Positions 5,380 to 11,985 of a stretch of DNA of 11,985 bases are shown in pieces (position 1 is the first letter of the stretch; each line of letters opens with the position of its first letter). The position numbers were made by a program, and so were the translations under genes. The notes beneath the pieces are model-generated. The model did no database searches, was not told the DNA's origin, and saw nothing but the letters and a program-made list of their open reading frames with translations. Origin of the DNA: a virus. The stretch covers positions 1-11,985 of IMG/VR virus record IMGVR_UViG_3300025639_000001; one strand, written 5' to 3'.

Positions 5380-6085
5380 TTGAATCACCTCTTATCTGGC
5401 TTAATATTATATTGTTTACACGTTCCGCAACATCAGGTCGACACTGGGCTTTCAATGCTATCCTAGCACCGCTAATATCAGCATCTGCTTGATCTATGTT
5501 TGATTGTTCACCCGCTACTTTTTCTAAGTAACCTATTTGCTCCTCAACTTTGGCAATCCCATTTCTCACCCGTGCCTGACTTCGCTTCTCCAGTGATACA
5601 TAAAGCCCCATCATCCTATTGGCTCTACGTTTCTTTGATACCGCCTTTAATAATAAGGCAATGGTTTTAGATGTTTGCTGTCTACGCCTATAGCCTTCCG
5701 AGGTAATCTTGTTAATTTCTGATCCTGAATACAGGGGCATACTAAATACAATGCCTGCATAATACAATCCACTGTCATTAGTCCCGATCTGACTTGTTAC
5801 CTTATCCCGATAATTAGCACCCGCCTTAAATCCTACTTCAATGCCCCAAGGTTTAGCAGGGTAACAATTTGAAACGGTACGCATCAAGTAATCGCCATTA
5901 ATCTGGTACTGCTTATCAATGGACGGCTGTATGTCTTGCCAGTCTACTTCTTCACCAGTAAAGGTAGGCATTTTATAAGGCTTAATCTCATCCCTGACTA
6001 CTACGCCATCAGCAAGGTTATCATCAGCAACCACAATACCTAGTGGCATAAGCAAGAATAAAAACAATATAAGGTACTTGTTCAT
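5366..6085 (-). CDS. Secreted or periplasmic hypothetical protein of about 239 aa, with a signal peptide and a C-terminal region that looks coiled-coil.
   Basis: ATG at 6085 gives MNKYLILFLFLLMPLGIVVA|DD, a classical Sec signal. The 6121 start in the ORF track is a GTG and would overlap the upstream gene. Confidence 0.6.
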   Translation of the reverse strand: MNKYLILFLFLLMPLGIVVADDNLADGVVVRDEIKPYKMPTFTGEEVDWQDIQPSIDKQYQINGDYLMRTVSNCYPAKPWGIEVGFKAGANYRDKVTSQIGTNDSGLYYAGIVFSMPLYSGSEINKITSEGYRRRQQTSKTIALLLKAVSKKRRANRMMGLYVSLEKRSQARVRNGIAKVEEQIGYLEKVAGEQSNIDQADADISGARIALKAQCRPDVAERVNNIILSQIRGDSNENQ

Positions 6086-6092
6086 TGATAGA

Positions 6093-6857
6093 TTAATCTT
6101 GTTTACTACCACGCCGCCCACCTTTCATTGTTTGAAGCAATCCCAATACCGCCGCCATTTCAGTAAGCCCTAAGCCCATCAGCGTAATGATAAACATCCA
6201 AACTAATACATGGGTAGCATCATAGGCAACATCAGTGTTTAGCCTAATGAATTGGGGCTTACTATCTAAGAACAACTTGCGAATACTGGGGCTTAACTTG
6301 TTCTCATCTGATGCCGCAATCACAGCCCTGAATGATGAATGTAAACAATCCTTTGTCACCTGTAATTTCCTACCCGTTAATTTATGAGCATCATCAATAA
6401 ACAATATTGCCCGCGTATCTTTAAGATATTCAGGAATAAGCTCTACACGCTTCCACGCTGGAACTTTTTTATATTCATTCTCTGAATGCTTAGACTCATA
6501 CCACTCCTTAACGCCCTCGTGTTCTGTCCACTTTGACAAGGGAGTGATGCCGTTCAACATCACAGGCTCAGGGAATACCCAATCATCAAGGCTCTCACCC
6601 TTTTTTAATACCGGCTTATCTTTTAATACCTTTGCCTTAGTAAATTTATAAGGCTTCACTTGGCATTGCCATATTATTTCCGCATTATCATGTAGCCGAT
6701 TAATAGCACCAGATTTACCCGAATGATGTGCGCCTGTTATTAGGATATTCTTCTGCTTGCTGATTACTTGGGTATCTGTAACCCTACTACCATAGCCCCC
6801 ACGCGTCCTTACTTCTGGTTGCCCTCTGTTGTTTTTATTGATTCTTAGACTTTTCAT
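6093..6857 (-). CDS. P-loop NTPase with a C-terminal transmembrane anchor.
   Basis: Walker A is GAHHSGKS and Walker B is ILFIDDAH. The hydrophobic helix VLVWMFIITLMGLGLTEMAAVLGLL is followed by a basic tail. Confidence 0.65.
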   Translation of the reverse strand: MKSLRINKNNRGQPEVRTRGGYGSRVTDTQVISKQKNILITGAHHSGKSGAINRLHDNAEIIWQCQVKPYKFTKAKVLKDKPVLKKGESLDDWVFPEPVMLNGITPLSKWTEHEGVKEWYESKHSENEYKKVPAWKRVELIPEYLKDTRAILFIDDAHKLTGRKLQVTKDCLHSSFRAVIAASDENKLSPSIRKLFLDSKPQFIRLNTDVAYDATHVLVWMFIITLMGLGLTEMAAVLGLLQTMKGGRRGSKQD

Positions 6858-6893
6858 AGGCTGTTTTTTAACTTTAAAATCATTTTATTAATG

Positions 6894-6921
6894 CCATCAA
6901 TCCAAACTAATGGATTGATGG
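6894..6921 (-). terminator. 10-bp perfect hairpin downstream of the 73-aa gene. Possible terminator or attenuator, but the T-run is weak.
   Basis: CCATCAATCC - 8-nt loop - GGATTGATGG. On the minus strand it is followed by CATTAATAAAATGATTTT. Confidence 0.3.
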
Positions 6922-6945
6922 GGCGTTATTTCAGGGGGTATTGAT

Positions 6946-7167
6946 TCAGTCCATACCAATTAAAGCCGCGTTTAGTATAGGCTCTAACAATACCTCTAAT
7001 AATACCTCCGCATCATTGGCGGCATCAACTGGGTCACGCAAAACCGCAGAATGTAATGCCACCTTTAACCATGTCGATGCACTTGGATCATTTAATATCT
7101 CATTGACCGAATCAGAGAATGCCGCCTCAATCTTATCAACCCTATACTCTCCCTTTGTTTCTGTCAT
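6946..7167 (-). CDS. Hypothetical acidic 73-aa protein.
   Basis: Intact ORF starting 4 nt after the stop of the RHH gene. No family recognised. Confidence 0.5.
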   Translation of the reverse strand: MTETKGEYRVDKIEAAFSDSVNEILNDPSASTWLKVALHSAVLRDPVDAANDAEVLLEVLLEPILNAALIGMD

Positions 7168-7170
7168 TCT

Positions 7171-7419
7171 TCACCCCTCAATGTTGCTGTCGCAATTACT
7201 ACAAATATAAAGATTCTCTAATTGCTCAATAGTACCAGCTCCGCACGCTGGACATTGTGAATCATCACTAAGATGGACGGGGATTTGATAGTAACTATTC
7301 AATGCAGTTTCAATTAATATAGCCCTACTTTCCTGCTGTCTATCCATCCAATGAAGTAGGTAAGGCGGTAGTCTTGTGCTTATCATTTTCTTTTTATGTA
7401 TGTTTCTTAATGCTGGCAT
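7171..7419 (-). CDS. Ribbon-helix-helix (CopG/Arc-like) DNA-binding protein with a C-terminal CxxC...CxxC zinc ribbon.
   Basis: ISTRLPPYLLHWMDRQQESRAILIETALNSYY fits the RHH beta-strand plus two-helix pattern. The zinc-ribbon motif is CPACG...CSNC. An AGAGGA/AAGGG SD region lies upstream. Confidence 0.6.
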   Translation of the reverse strand: MPALRNIHKKKMISTRLPPYLLHWMDRQQESRAILIETALNSYYQIPVHLSDDSQCPACGAGTIEQLENLYICSNCDSNIEG

Positions 7420-7445
7420 CCCTTGAATCCTCTAATGCTCAATAG

Positions 7446-7486
7446 GTATATACATCAATTACTTTATTATACGTTAATGTATATAC
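7446..7486. promoter_or_regulatory. Pair of GTATATAC palindromes (7446-7453 and 7479-7486) directly upstream of the RHH gene. Candidate operator/promoter region.
   Basis: Two perfect 8-bp palindromes 33 bp apart, in the 81-bp gap between the rdgC stop and the RHH start. Confidence 0.45.
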
Positions 7487-7500
7487 ATCTTGAAAGACTG

Positions 7501-8403
7501 TTATCGCGTAGCTTCACCAAAGAACATAATTAAATCGACAATCATATTTGTTAATTCAGCGGCAACAATAAACCTGTTAGCTTCATAACCATGAGCAGGG
7601 TCTTCATCTTTCTCAATTACGCCATCATCATCTTCTGAAATATCACTGATTGATTTAATAAAGAAATCATCAGTGATAGTAAAGGATAAATTTTTACGCC
7701 ACTCAAGCCCTGCCGAGATAGCCATACCTCCAGCATTTACCATATCCCTAACTTCGCCGTTACTATCAAACCCCGATAACTTAGCAACCTTTTCTGTTTC
7801 ACCCTGTATGGTCTTAACTTCATATTTACCGCTCATAGATAAGCCTGACGACATTTCTTTATCAATGCCTATCCAATAGTTCAATGTTTGCCATACAGGG
7901 ACTTTAGCGGCTAACGGAACAACTGGCAGACTTCCAAGTGTCACCCTTAAATGAGATAACAATAACTCCGCCTTACTTGGGCTTGCAGCATCCACACAAA
8001 TTAAACCGCTATCTTGATTAATAAAGGCATCAACAAATGAATACTGAACAAATGCACGGGGCATCAATTCATTTATTATTTCGTCTTTGAGTTCTGCACG
8101 GTTTTTCTTTGCTACTTTCTTTTGTATCTTGTTCTCTAACTCTGCTACACGTTCGCGTAACTCATCATTAATTACTGATTGAGGTAATAGCCGTGTGTTT
8201 ATCTTTAATCTAATGAAAATAGAATCGCCACAGGCTAAGGCTAGATCATCCTGAACATATGGGTTAGGCTCACACCATCCGAAATTTTTAGGGGTAGTTT
8301 TTCCGATAGGCTTAACTCTGTACTTATCTAGCTTTGCCTGTAAAATCTTAGGATCAAGATTTAGAGGTGTTTGTATTCTGTAAAAAATAGCATTCTTGAA
8401 CAT
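7501..8403 (-). CDS. rdgC: Recombination-associated protein RdgC.
   Basis: 300 aa. The N-terminus MFKNAIFYRI, the internal LMPRAF...D.....GLI.VDAAS..KAE.LLS.LR..LGSLPVVPL block and the C-terminal ...GEA.R closely parallel E. coli RdgC as I recall it. AGGA lies 8 nt upstream of the ATG. Confidence 0.85.
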   Translation of the reverse strand: MFKNAIFYRIQTPLNLDPKILQAKLDKYRVKPIGKTTPKNFGWCEPNPYVQDDLALACGDSIFIRLKINTRLLPQSVINDELRERVAELENKIQKKVAKKNRAELKDEIINELMPRAFVQYSFVDAFINQDSGLICVDAASPSKAELLLSHLRVTLGSLPVVPLAAKVPVWQTLNYWIGIDKEMSSGLSMSGKYEVKTIQGETEKVAKLSGFDSNGEVRDMVNAGGMAISAGLEWRKNLSFTITDDFFIKSISDISEDDDGVIEKDEDPAHGYEANRFIVAAELTNMIVDLIMFFGEATR

Positions 8404-8425
8404 TTGTTAATCCTGTTTTTAATAT

Positions 8426-8433
8426 GTATATAC
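8426..8433. promoter_or_regulatory. GTATATAC palindrome upstream of rdgC.
   Basis: Fourth copy of the same palindrome, in the gap between the loader ATPase stop and the rdgC start. Confidence 0.4.
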
Positions 8434-8488
8434 ACTATAATAGCCGCTTGTTACACGGCTAAAATAGATTTAATAAGTTTCTTGGCGG

Positions 8489-9286
8489 TTACTTATATTT
8501 AGCTTCTTCTGCATTGGGTAGGTGCTGGTTTCGGTCTACCCTATGCCGGTAACTTTCCCAATCCATCACAATGGCACTACCTCCATTCTCTCGCATCCTA
8601 TCAACTGCACGCTCTCCCAGATATTTCTTAATCTCATTAATGTTTAAATTTGATATTAATATTGTAGATTTAAAAAATGAATACCTATCATCAATTACTT
8701 CAAACAATATGTTCTCCTCGTCTTGTGTCCCACGCTGTACGCCTATCTCATCAATAATTAACAAATCAATATCTCTGAACTCATCAATGGCTTGTTGCTC
8801 TGTCTTGGTTGAATTAGATCGGTAAGTTTCTCTAATCCGCCTAATCAGTGCAGATACTTTGATAAACAATACAGAACCCACTTTTATATATTCATTACCA
8901 ATAGCACAAGCTAGATGGGTTTTCCCTGTACCAACACCGCCCGATAATATCAATCCTGTGCCTTTGCCTGCATCTTCCTTAATGAGCTTTAGATAGCTCT
9001 CTGCCATCCCTAATGCCGTTGTATGTTTTTCTGTATAACAATCATAATTATTAAATGATCGGGTTGTATAGCGTGGCGGTATCTCACTGCGTTTAAAGTT
9101 TAGGCTTATCTTTTTTCTGATAGCTTCCAGTTTTTGCTTTTGCAATTCCTCCTGTTCTGCCAGCTTGCTTGCTTCCGAACACTTAGGGCATGATTCTGAA
9201 TGCTCAGTTTTTCCAATCTTATAAGCTCTGGCTTCATAGTTAAGGCTATGAATCTCACAAAACATTTTCTTAGTAGTTACTTCCAC
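8489..9286 (-). CDS. DnaC/IstB-like AAA+ replication (helicase-loader type) ATPase with an N-terminal Cys-rich segment.
   Basis: Walker A is GGVGTGKTH and Walker B is LLIIDEIG. It sits directly after the initiator gene, as in lambdoid O-P modules. GTG start with AAAGGA 6 nt upstream. Confidence 0.8.
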   Translation of the reverse strand: MEVTTKKMFCEIHSLNYEARAYKIGKTEHSESCPKCSEASKLAEQEELQKQKLEAIRKKISLNFKRSEIPPRYTTRSFNNYDCYTEKHTTALGMAESYLKLIKEDAGKGTGLILSGGVGTGKTHLACAIGNEYIKVGSVLFIKVSALIRRIRETYRSNSTKTEQQAIDEFRDIDLLIIDEIGVQRGTQDEENILFEVIDDRYSFFKSTILISNLNINEIKKYLGERAVDRMRENGGSAIVMDWESYRHRVDRNQHLPNAEEAKYK

Positions 9287-9300
9287 ATTTAATCCTTTCG

Positions 9301-10053
9301 TTAGTTTGTATTAAAGCCATCTAAGCCAGCACTGTAATCAGTATTAGCAATGCTCTGCTTAGTTCGCTTATGGTTATTTGTTTGGTTCTTTATTTGTTGT
9401 GCCTTACCTTTATTCATATCTGCTTCAAATTGACTCCTTAGCCCTTTGGGGCTGTTCTTGTTGTATAGGTAAATAAATTTACTAATGTCGGTTACAGCAT
9501 CACCCCAAAATGGGTGAGATTTAGCCCAATCGAAACATTGTTTTTGAGCATCGGTTTTAAGAGAGAGAGAGTTATTAGTTTCTATTACTGGTTTATAGCC
9601 AGATTCTGACCCACCCCCCGTCAGATTCTGACCCACCCCCGTCAAAATTTGGCTATCTGATTCTATTGGCTTGTAGCTGTCCGAATCATTACAGCCCTTT
9701 GTTTTAGCATAGGCAGAATTTGACCCACCCCCACTTGTAAAATGACCACTAGCCAGATTTTGCCCCTCTGATTCTATTGGCTTGTAACTTAGGTTCAAAA
9801 CGTACTGGTTTGATGTTCTAACCTTACCAATCGATTTATTTACTACACTTAAATAGCCATTGTTTGCCAATACCTTAATTTGTGTTTTAAGGCTTGATAC
9901 ACTCATACAGCACTCTTTGGCAAGTAGTGAATGGCTTGGGTTACATTGCCCTGTATGCCCGTTTGAATGATTAGCCAGCATAAGCAATACTAGCTTTTGT
10001 GATGAGTTCTTGCACTTCTGATTAACCGCCCATGTCATTGCTTCAAAGCTCAT
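9301..10053 (-). CDS. Replication initiator-like protein with an N-terminal winged-helix/HTH (phage O or DnaD-like organisation) and an internally repetitive linker.
   Basis: The N-terminus MSFEAMTWAV...KLVLLMLANHSN...CNPSHSLLAKECCMSVSSLKTQIKVLANNGYL resembles helix-turn-helix replication proteins. It is followed by the loader ATPase, and its ATG overlaps the stop of the XRE gene (ATGA). Confidence 0.65.
   Translation of the reverse strand: MSFEAMTWAVNQKCKNSSQKLVLLMLANHSNGHTGQCNPSHSLLAKECCMSVSSLKTQIKVLANNGYLSVVNKSIGKVRTSNQYVLNLSYKPIESEGQNLASGHFTSGGGSNSAYAKTKGCNDSDSYKPIESDSQILTGVGQNLTGGGSESGYKPVIETNNSLSLKTDAQKQCFDWAKSHPFWGDAVTDISKFIYLYNKNSPKGLRSQFEADMNKGKAQQIKNQTNNHKRTKQSIANTDYSAGLDGFNTN
9580..9790. 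repeat. Iteron cluster inside the initiator gene (candidate origin). CAGAtTcTGACCCACCCCC occurs 3 times plus a degenerate copy, and CTGATTCTATTGGCTTGTA occurs twice plus a degenerate copy.
   Basis: The first motif is at 9600-9619, 9622-9640 and 9714-9732, with a degenerate copy at 9754-9766. The 19-mer is perfect at 9657-9675 and 9768-9786, with a related copy around 9580-9600. Confidence 0.6.
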
Positions 10054-10283
10054 ACGGTCATACTCTCGCGTGACATCTTTACATCATTGTTAAGAATACT
10101 GGCATCAGTTCCATATATTTTTTCAATAGCAATAGATACTGATACTGATATTGGACGCTCCCCCCTTATCCACTGACCCACCATGCTCTGAGTTATATCT
10201 AAAGACTTTGCTAACTTTGTTTGATTAAGGTTCTTTTCAGCTATTAATTTTTTTATTTCTTCACTAACTTTATTTTCTTTCAT
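10050..10283 (-). CDS. XRE/Cro-CI family helix-turn-helix transcriptional regulator.
   Basis: NLNQTKLAKSLDITQSMVGQWIRGERPIS is a canonical XRE HTH. AGGAG lies 6 nt upstream of the ATG. It is the first gene after the promoter at 10311-10339. Confidence 0.8.
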   Translation of the reverse strand: MKENKVSEEIKKLIAEKNLNQTKLAKSLDITQSMVGQWIRGERPISVSVSIAIEKIYGTDASILNNDVKMSRESMTV

Positions 10284-10310
10284 ATCATCTCCTAATTTTA
10301 ATTAAAGATA

Positions 10311-10339
10311 ATAATAGCACTGCTACTAATGCAAGTCAA
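10311..10339 (-). promoter_or_regulatory. Sigma70-type promoter: -35 TTGACT, 17-nt spacer, -10 TATTAT. It is the twin of the promoter at 1933-1961.
   Basis: The minus strand reads TAGTAGCTGTGCTGTTGACTTGCATTAGTAGCAGTGCTATTAT. It lies about 28 nt upstream of the XRE gene ATG. Confidence 0.7.
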
Positions 10340-10485
10340 CAGCACAGCTACTATTGAGAAGTAATGCCAGAAATATCAAGATTACTTCCTACAGAACAAA
10401 TCGACCGCTAAGCGTTTATGGGTTCGACTAAAAAACAAGTAATGGGTAAAGTAGCATAACCTTTCATCCAATCAATTAATCATAA

Positions 10486-11397
10486 ATGAAATTTATAATC
10501 ATATTACTATCACTGACTTGTTCGGTTGCCTATGCTCATGGTGGACGCACTAATTCAAAGGGCTGTCATACAAACAAAAAAACAAATAACTTACATTGCC
10601 ACAATAAATCATCCAAACAAATAACAAGGAAATCTCCCACAAATGGCGCGGAGAATTTATTGCCTGCATTGGCTTATGCCAGTAGCTCTGAACCCACAAC
10701 ATACGCCACAGAATCACAAAGCGGCGATATTATGCGGCTTGATTATGAGGGTTTTACCGTATGGCTAGATTGTTCAAAACGTGGGGCTGTTAAATTCAGA
10801 TATAACGCCCAACGTGATACGGGCAACCATAAAAGGCATGGCTCTTTTTTCCTTGATCCTAAAGTACCTAAGCGATGCCAGCAATATTCTGGTAAATCTT
10901 ATAAGGCAGGTAAGGGAATTAAATATGATCGTGGGCATTTAGTTCCAGCCAATCATTTAGATTATTCAAAGACAGCAATCAAAGCCAGCAACACCATGAC
11001 GAACATCTTGCCACAAGCGGCGAACATGAACAGAGGAGCATGGTTACTAACAGAAGAAATTATTGAATGCTACAGGGATATTGATGAACTTCTAATTATT
11101 GGGGGGGTGATTTGGGGGAACAACCCAGCAGATGATTATTTTATACAATCTCACGGCGTAAAAACTCCAGATGCTTTTTGGAAAGTAATAATTAGGGGTT
11201 CAGGTTCAGATGAGCGTGCGATTGCTTGGATTGTTCCCAATAGCAAAGACGCTAAACGTAAGCAACTTGATAAGTACCTTGTCAGCATCAAAGAAATTGA
11301 ACGCGTGACCGGTGAAACAATACCTGTTGCTGATTACATTAAACAGGATAAGCCTAGTGGCTCATGGGTGTTACCGCGTGGATGTGATAAAAGTTAA
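10486..11397 (+). CDS. Secreted DNA/RNA non-specific endonuclease (Serratia NucA-like beta-beta-alpha-metal family).
   Basis: The signal peptide is MKFIIILLSLTCSVAYA. The catalytic-type motif is DRGHLVPANH with a downstream NMNRG (metal-ligand Asn region). It is the only confidently called plus-strand gene. Confidence 0.75.
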   Translation: MKFIIILLSLTCSVAYAHGGRTNSKGCHTNKKTNNLHCHNKSSKQITRKSPTNGAENLLPALAYASSSEPTTYATESQSGDIMRLDYEGFTVWLDCSKRGAVKFRYNAQRDTGNHKRHGSFFLDPKVPKRCQQYSGKSYKAGKGIKYDRGHLVPANHLDYSKTAIKASNTMTNILPQAANMNRGAWLLTEEIIECYRDIDELLIIGGVIWGNNPADDYFIQSHGVKTPDAFWKVIIRGSGSDERAIAWIVPNSKDAKRKQLDKYLVSIKEIERVTGETIPVADYIKQDKPSGSWVLPRGCDKS

Positions 11398-11427
11398 TCA
11401 TGTTCGCACGTCCTTGTGCTTGTTCAT

Positions 11428-11985
11428 TTAGTGCTTGGTTGAAGTAATCGCAAACTCTTCAATGTCTGAAAGCCGCCACTCCAAAGGATTCTGATTAATT
11501 GGTTCAGGGAATTTGTTTTCTTTCCTGAGCTTCCATAATTTAGTACGCCCTATTTTTAACAGCTTTAAAGTGCTGGCTTGTGATAGTGTCGCCCTTGAAT
11601 CCGCGCCACGACTCGCCAATAATTCGCCCTTTAATTCCATAGCCTGTTTTAATCGCTTAATTAAAAACTCTTGGTCTTCCTCATTCGCATTTATTAATAC
11701 GCTGTGCAATTTGTCAGAATCCTTTTTATAGCGTGGATCATAGCTAATAAAATACCAATGTGAACAGCCCGCAAGCATCATCAAGCCCTGCACCTGCCAA
11801 TAATATTCTTGTGCAATTCTTTTTAAATCATCCCCATTATTAATCGCCAAATATTTAAAATGGGTTACTGACTTCGGACACTTAACTTCAACGCCTGACT
11901 GATTACCGATTAAACCATCAGGCGTTCCTCCGATACTATCCCCCATCGCTATAAATTCCTGCCTTGTTCCTGTTCGCGTTACTGC
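11428..11985 (-). CDS. C-terminal portion of the YqaJ-type exonuclease, fused to a C-terminal AlpA/excisionase-like HTH. The frame is open to the window end and continues at 128-469.
   Basis: GGTPDGLIG..GVEVKCP and YYWQVQGLMMLAG..WYFISYDPR are YqaJ core motifs. The C-terminus TLSQASTLKLLKIGRTKLWKLRKENKFPEPINQNPLEWRLSDIEEF matches the AlpA-type pattern (L..s.st.yrl...g.FP.P......W..sdI..w). Confidence 0.8.
   Translation of the reverse strand, partial: AVTRTGTRQEFIAMGDSIGGTPDGLIGNQSGVEVKCPKSVTHFKYLAINNGDDLKRIAQEYYWQVQGLMMLAGCSHWYFISYDPRYKKDSDKLHSVLINANEEDQEFLIKRLKQAMELKGELLASRGADSRATLSQASTLKLLKIGRTKLWKLRKENKFPEPINQNPLEWRLSDIEEFAITSTKH
11859..11985. repeat. Terminal direct duplication, copy 2, identical to 1-127.
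   Basis: Same comparison as copy 1. The duplication ends exactly at the window end. Confidence 0.9.

Noticed and set aside
6093-6857. Zot/pI-like assembly ATPase, implying a filamentous phage.
   Set aside because: P-loop plus TM topology is reminiscent of Zot/pI. However, the periplasmic domain is missing (about a 20-aa tail only). There is no rolling-circle Rep, no pVIII-like coat gene and no pIII-like gene, and replication genes are O/P-like.
6941-7210. Plus-strand 89-aa ORF.
   Set aside because: It is an antisense shadow spanning the 73-aa gene and the end of the RHH gene. It has low-complexity Ser/Asn-rich sequence.
6946-7419. The RHH gene plus the downstream 73-aa gene as a toxin-antitoxin pair.
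   Set aside because: The downstream protein is strongly acidic and lacks any RelE, ParE or CcdB-like features that I can recognise. The gene order alone is not enough.
7673-7879. Plus-strand 68-aa ORF.
   Set aside because: It is an antisense shadow inside rdgC, which is confidently called on the minus strand.
8571-8825. Plus-strand 84-aa ORF.
   Set aside because: It is an antisense shadow inside the DnaC-like ATPase gene.
9580-9790. The repeat cluster as a CRISPR or other noncoding array.
   Set aside because: The repeats are of two interleaved types and irregularly spaced. They lie in frame within an intact ORF and have no spacer-like unique units of constant length.
11513-11731. Plus-strand 72-aa ORF.
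   Set aside because: It is an antisense shadow inside the exonuclease gene.

Overview
The window is one small circular replicon of about 11,858 bp, read slightly more than once. Bases 1-127 are identical to 11859-11985, and a YqaJ-type exonuclease gene runs across that junction. Almost all genes are on the minus strand. They include an XRE/Cro-like regulator, a lambda-O-like initiator with in-gene iterons, a DnaC/IstB-like loader ATPase, RdgC, an RHH/zinc-ribbon regulator and a 4-gene membrane/envelope block. That block has a P-loop ATPase with a TM anchor, a secreted protein, a small membrane protein and a YdjM-like hydrolase. Several small hypothetical proteins and an uncharacterised 160-aa gene next to the exonuclease are also on the minus strand. 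A signal-peptide DRGH non-specific nuclease is on the plus strand. I saw no capsid, tail, integrase, relaxase, rRNA, tRNA or CRISPR, so this looks like a plasmid or satellite-like episome of a low-GC, sigma70-type (probably gammaproteobacterial) host. The host cannot be determined from the sequence alone. The outstanding feature is a roughly 950-nt tract (2855-3804) that is GC-rich while the rest of the element is AT-rich. It has only 7 thymines on the plus strand, so almost no adenine on the minus strand, which leaves all six frames nearly stop-free. My hand counts show a 3-nt phase signal consistent with a U-free mRNA encoding a long disordered protein with an acidic half and a basic half (frame open 2857-4044). 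An A-free leader RNA or an R-loop element is also possible. Other notable items are twin near-identical promoter/operator modules, four GTATATAC palindromes, and an exonuclease-AlpA HTH fusion.
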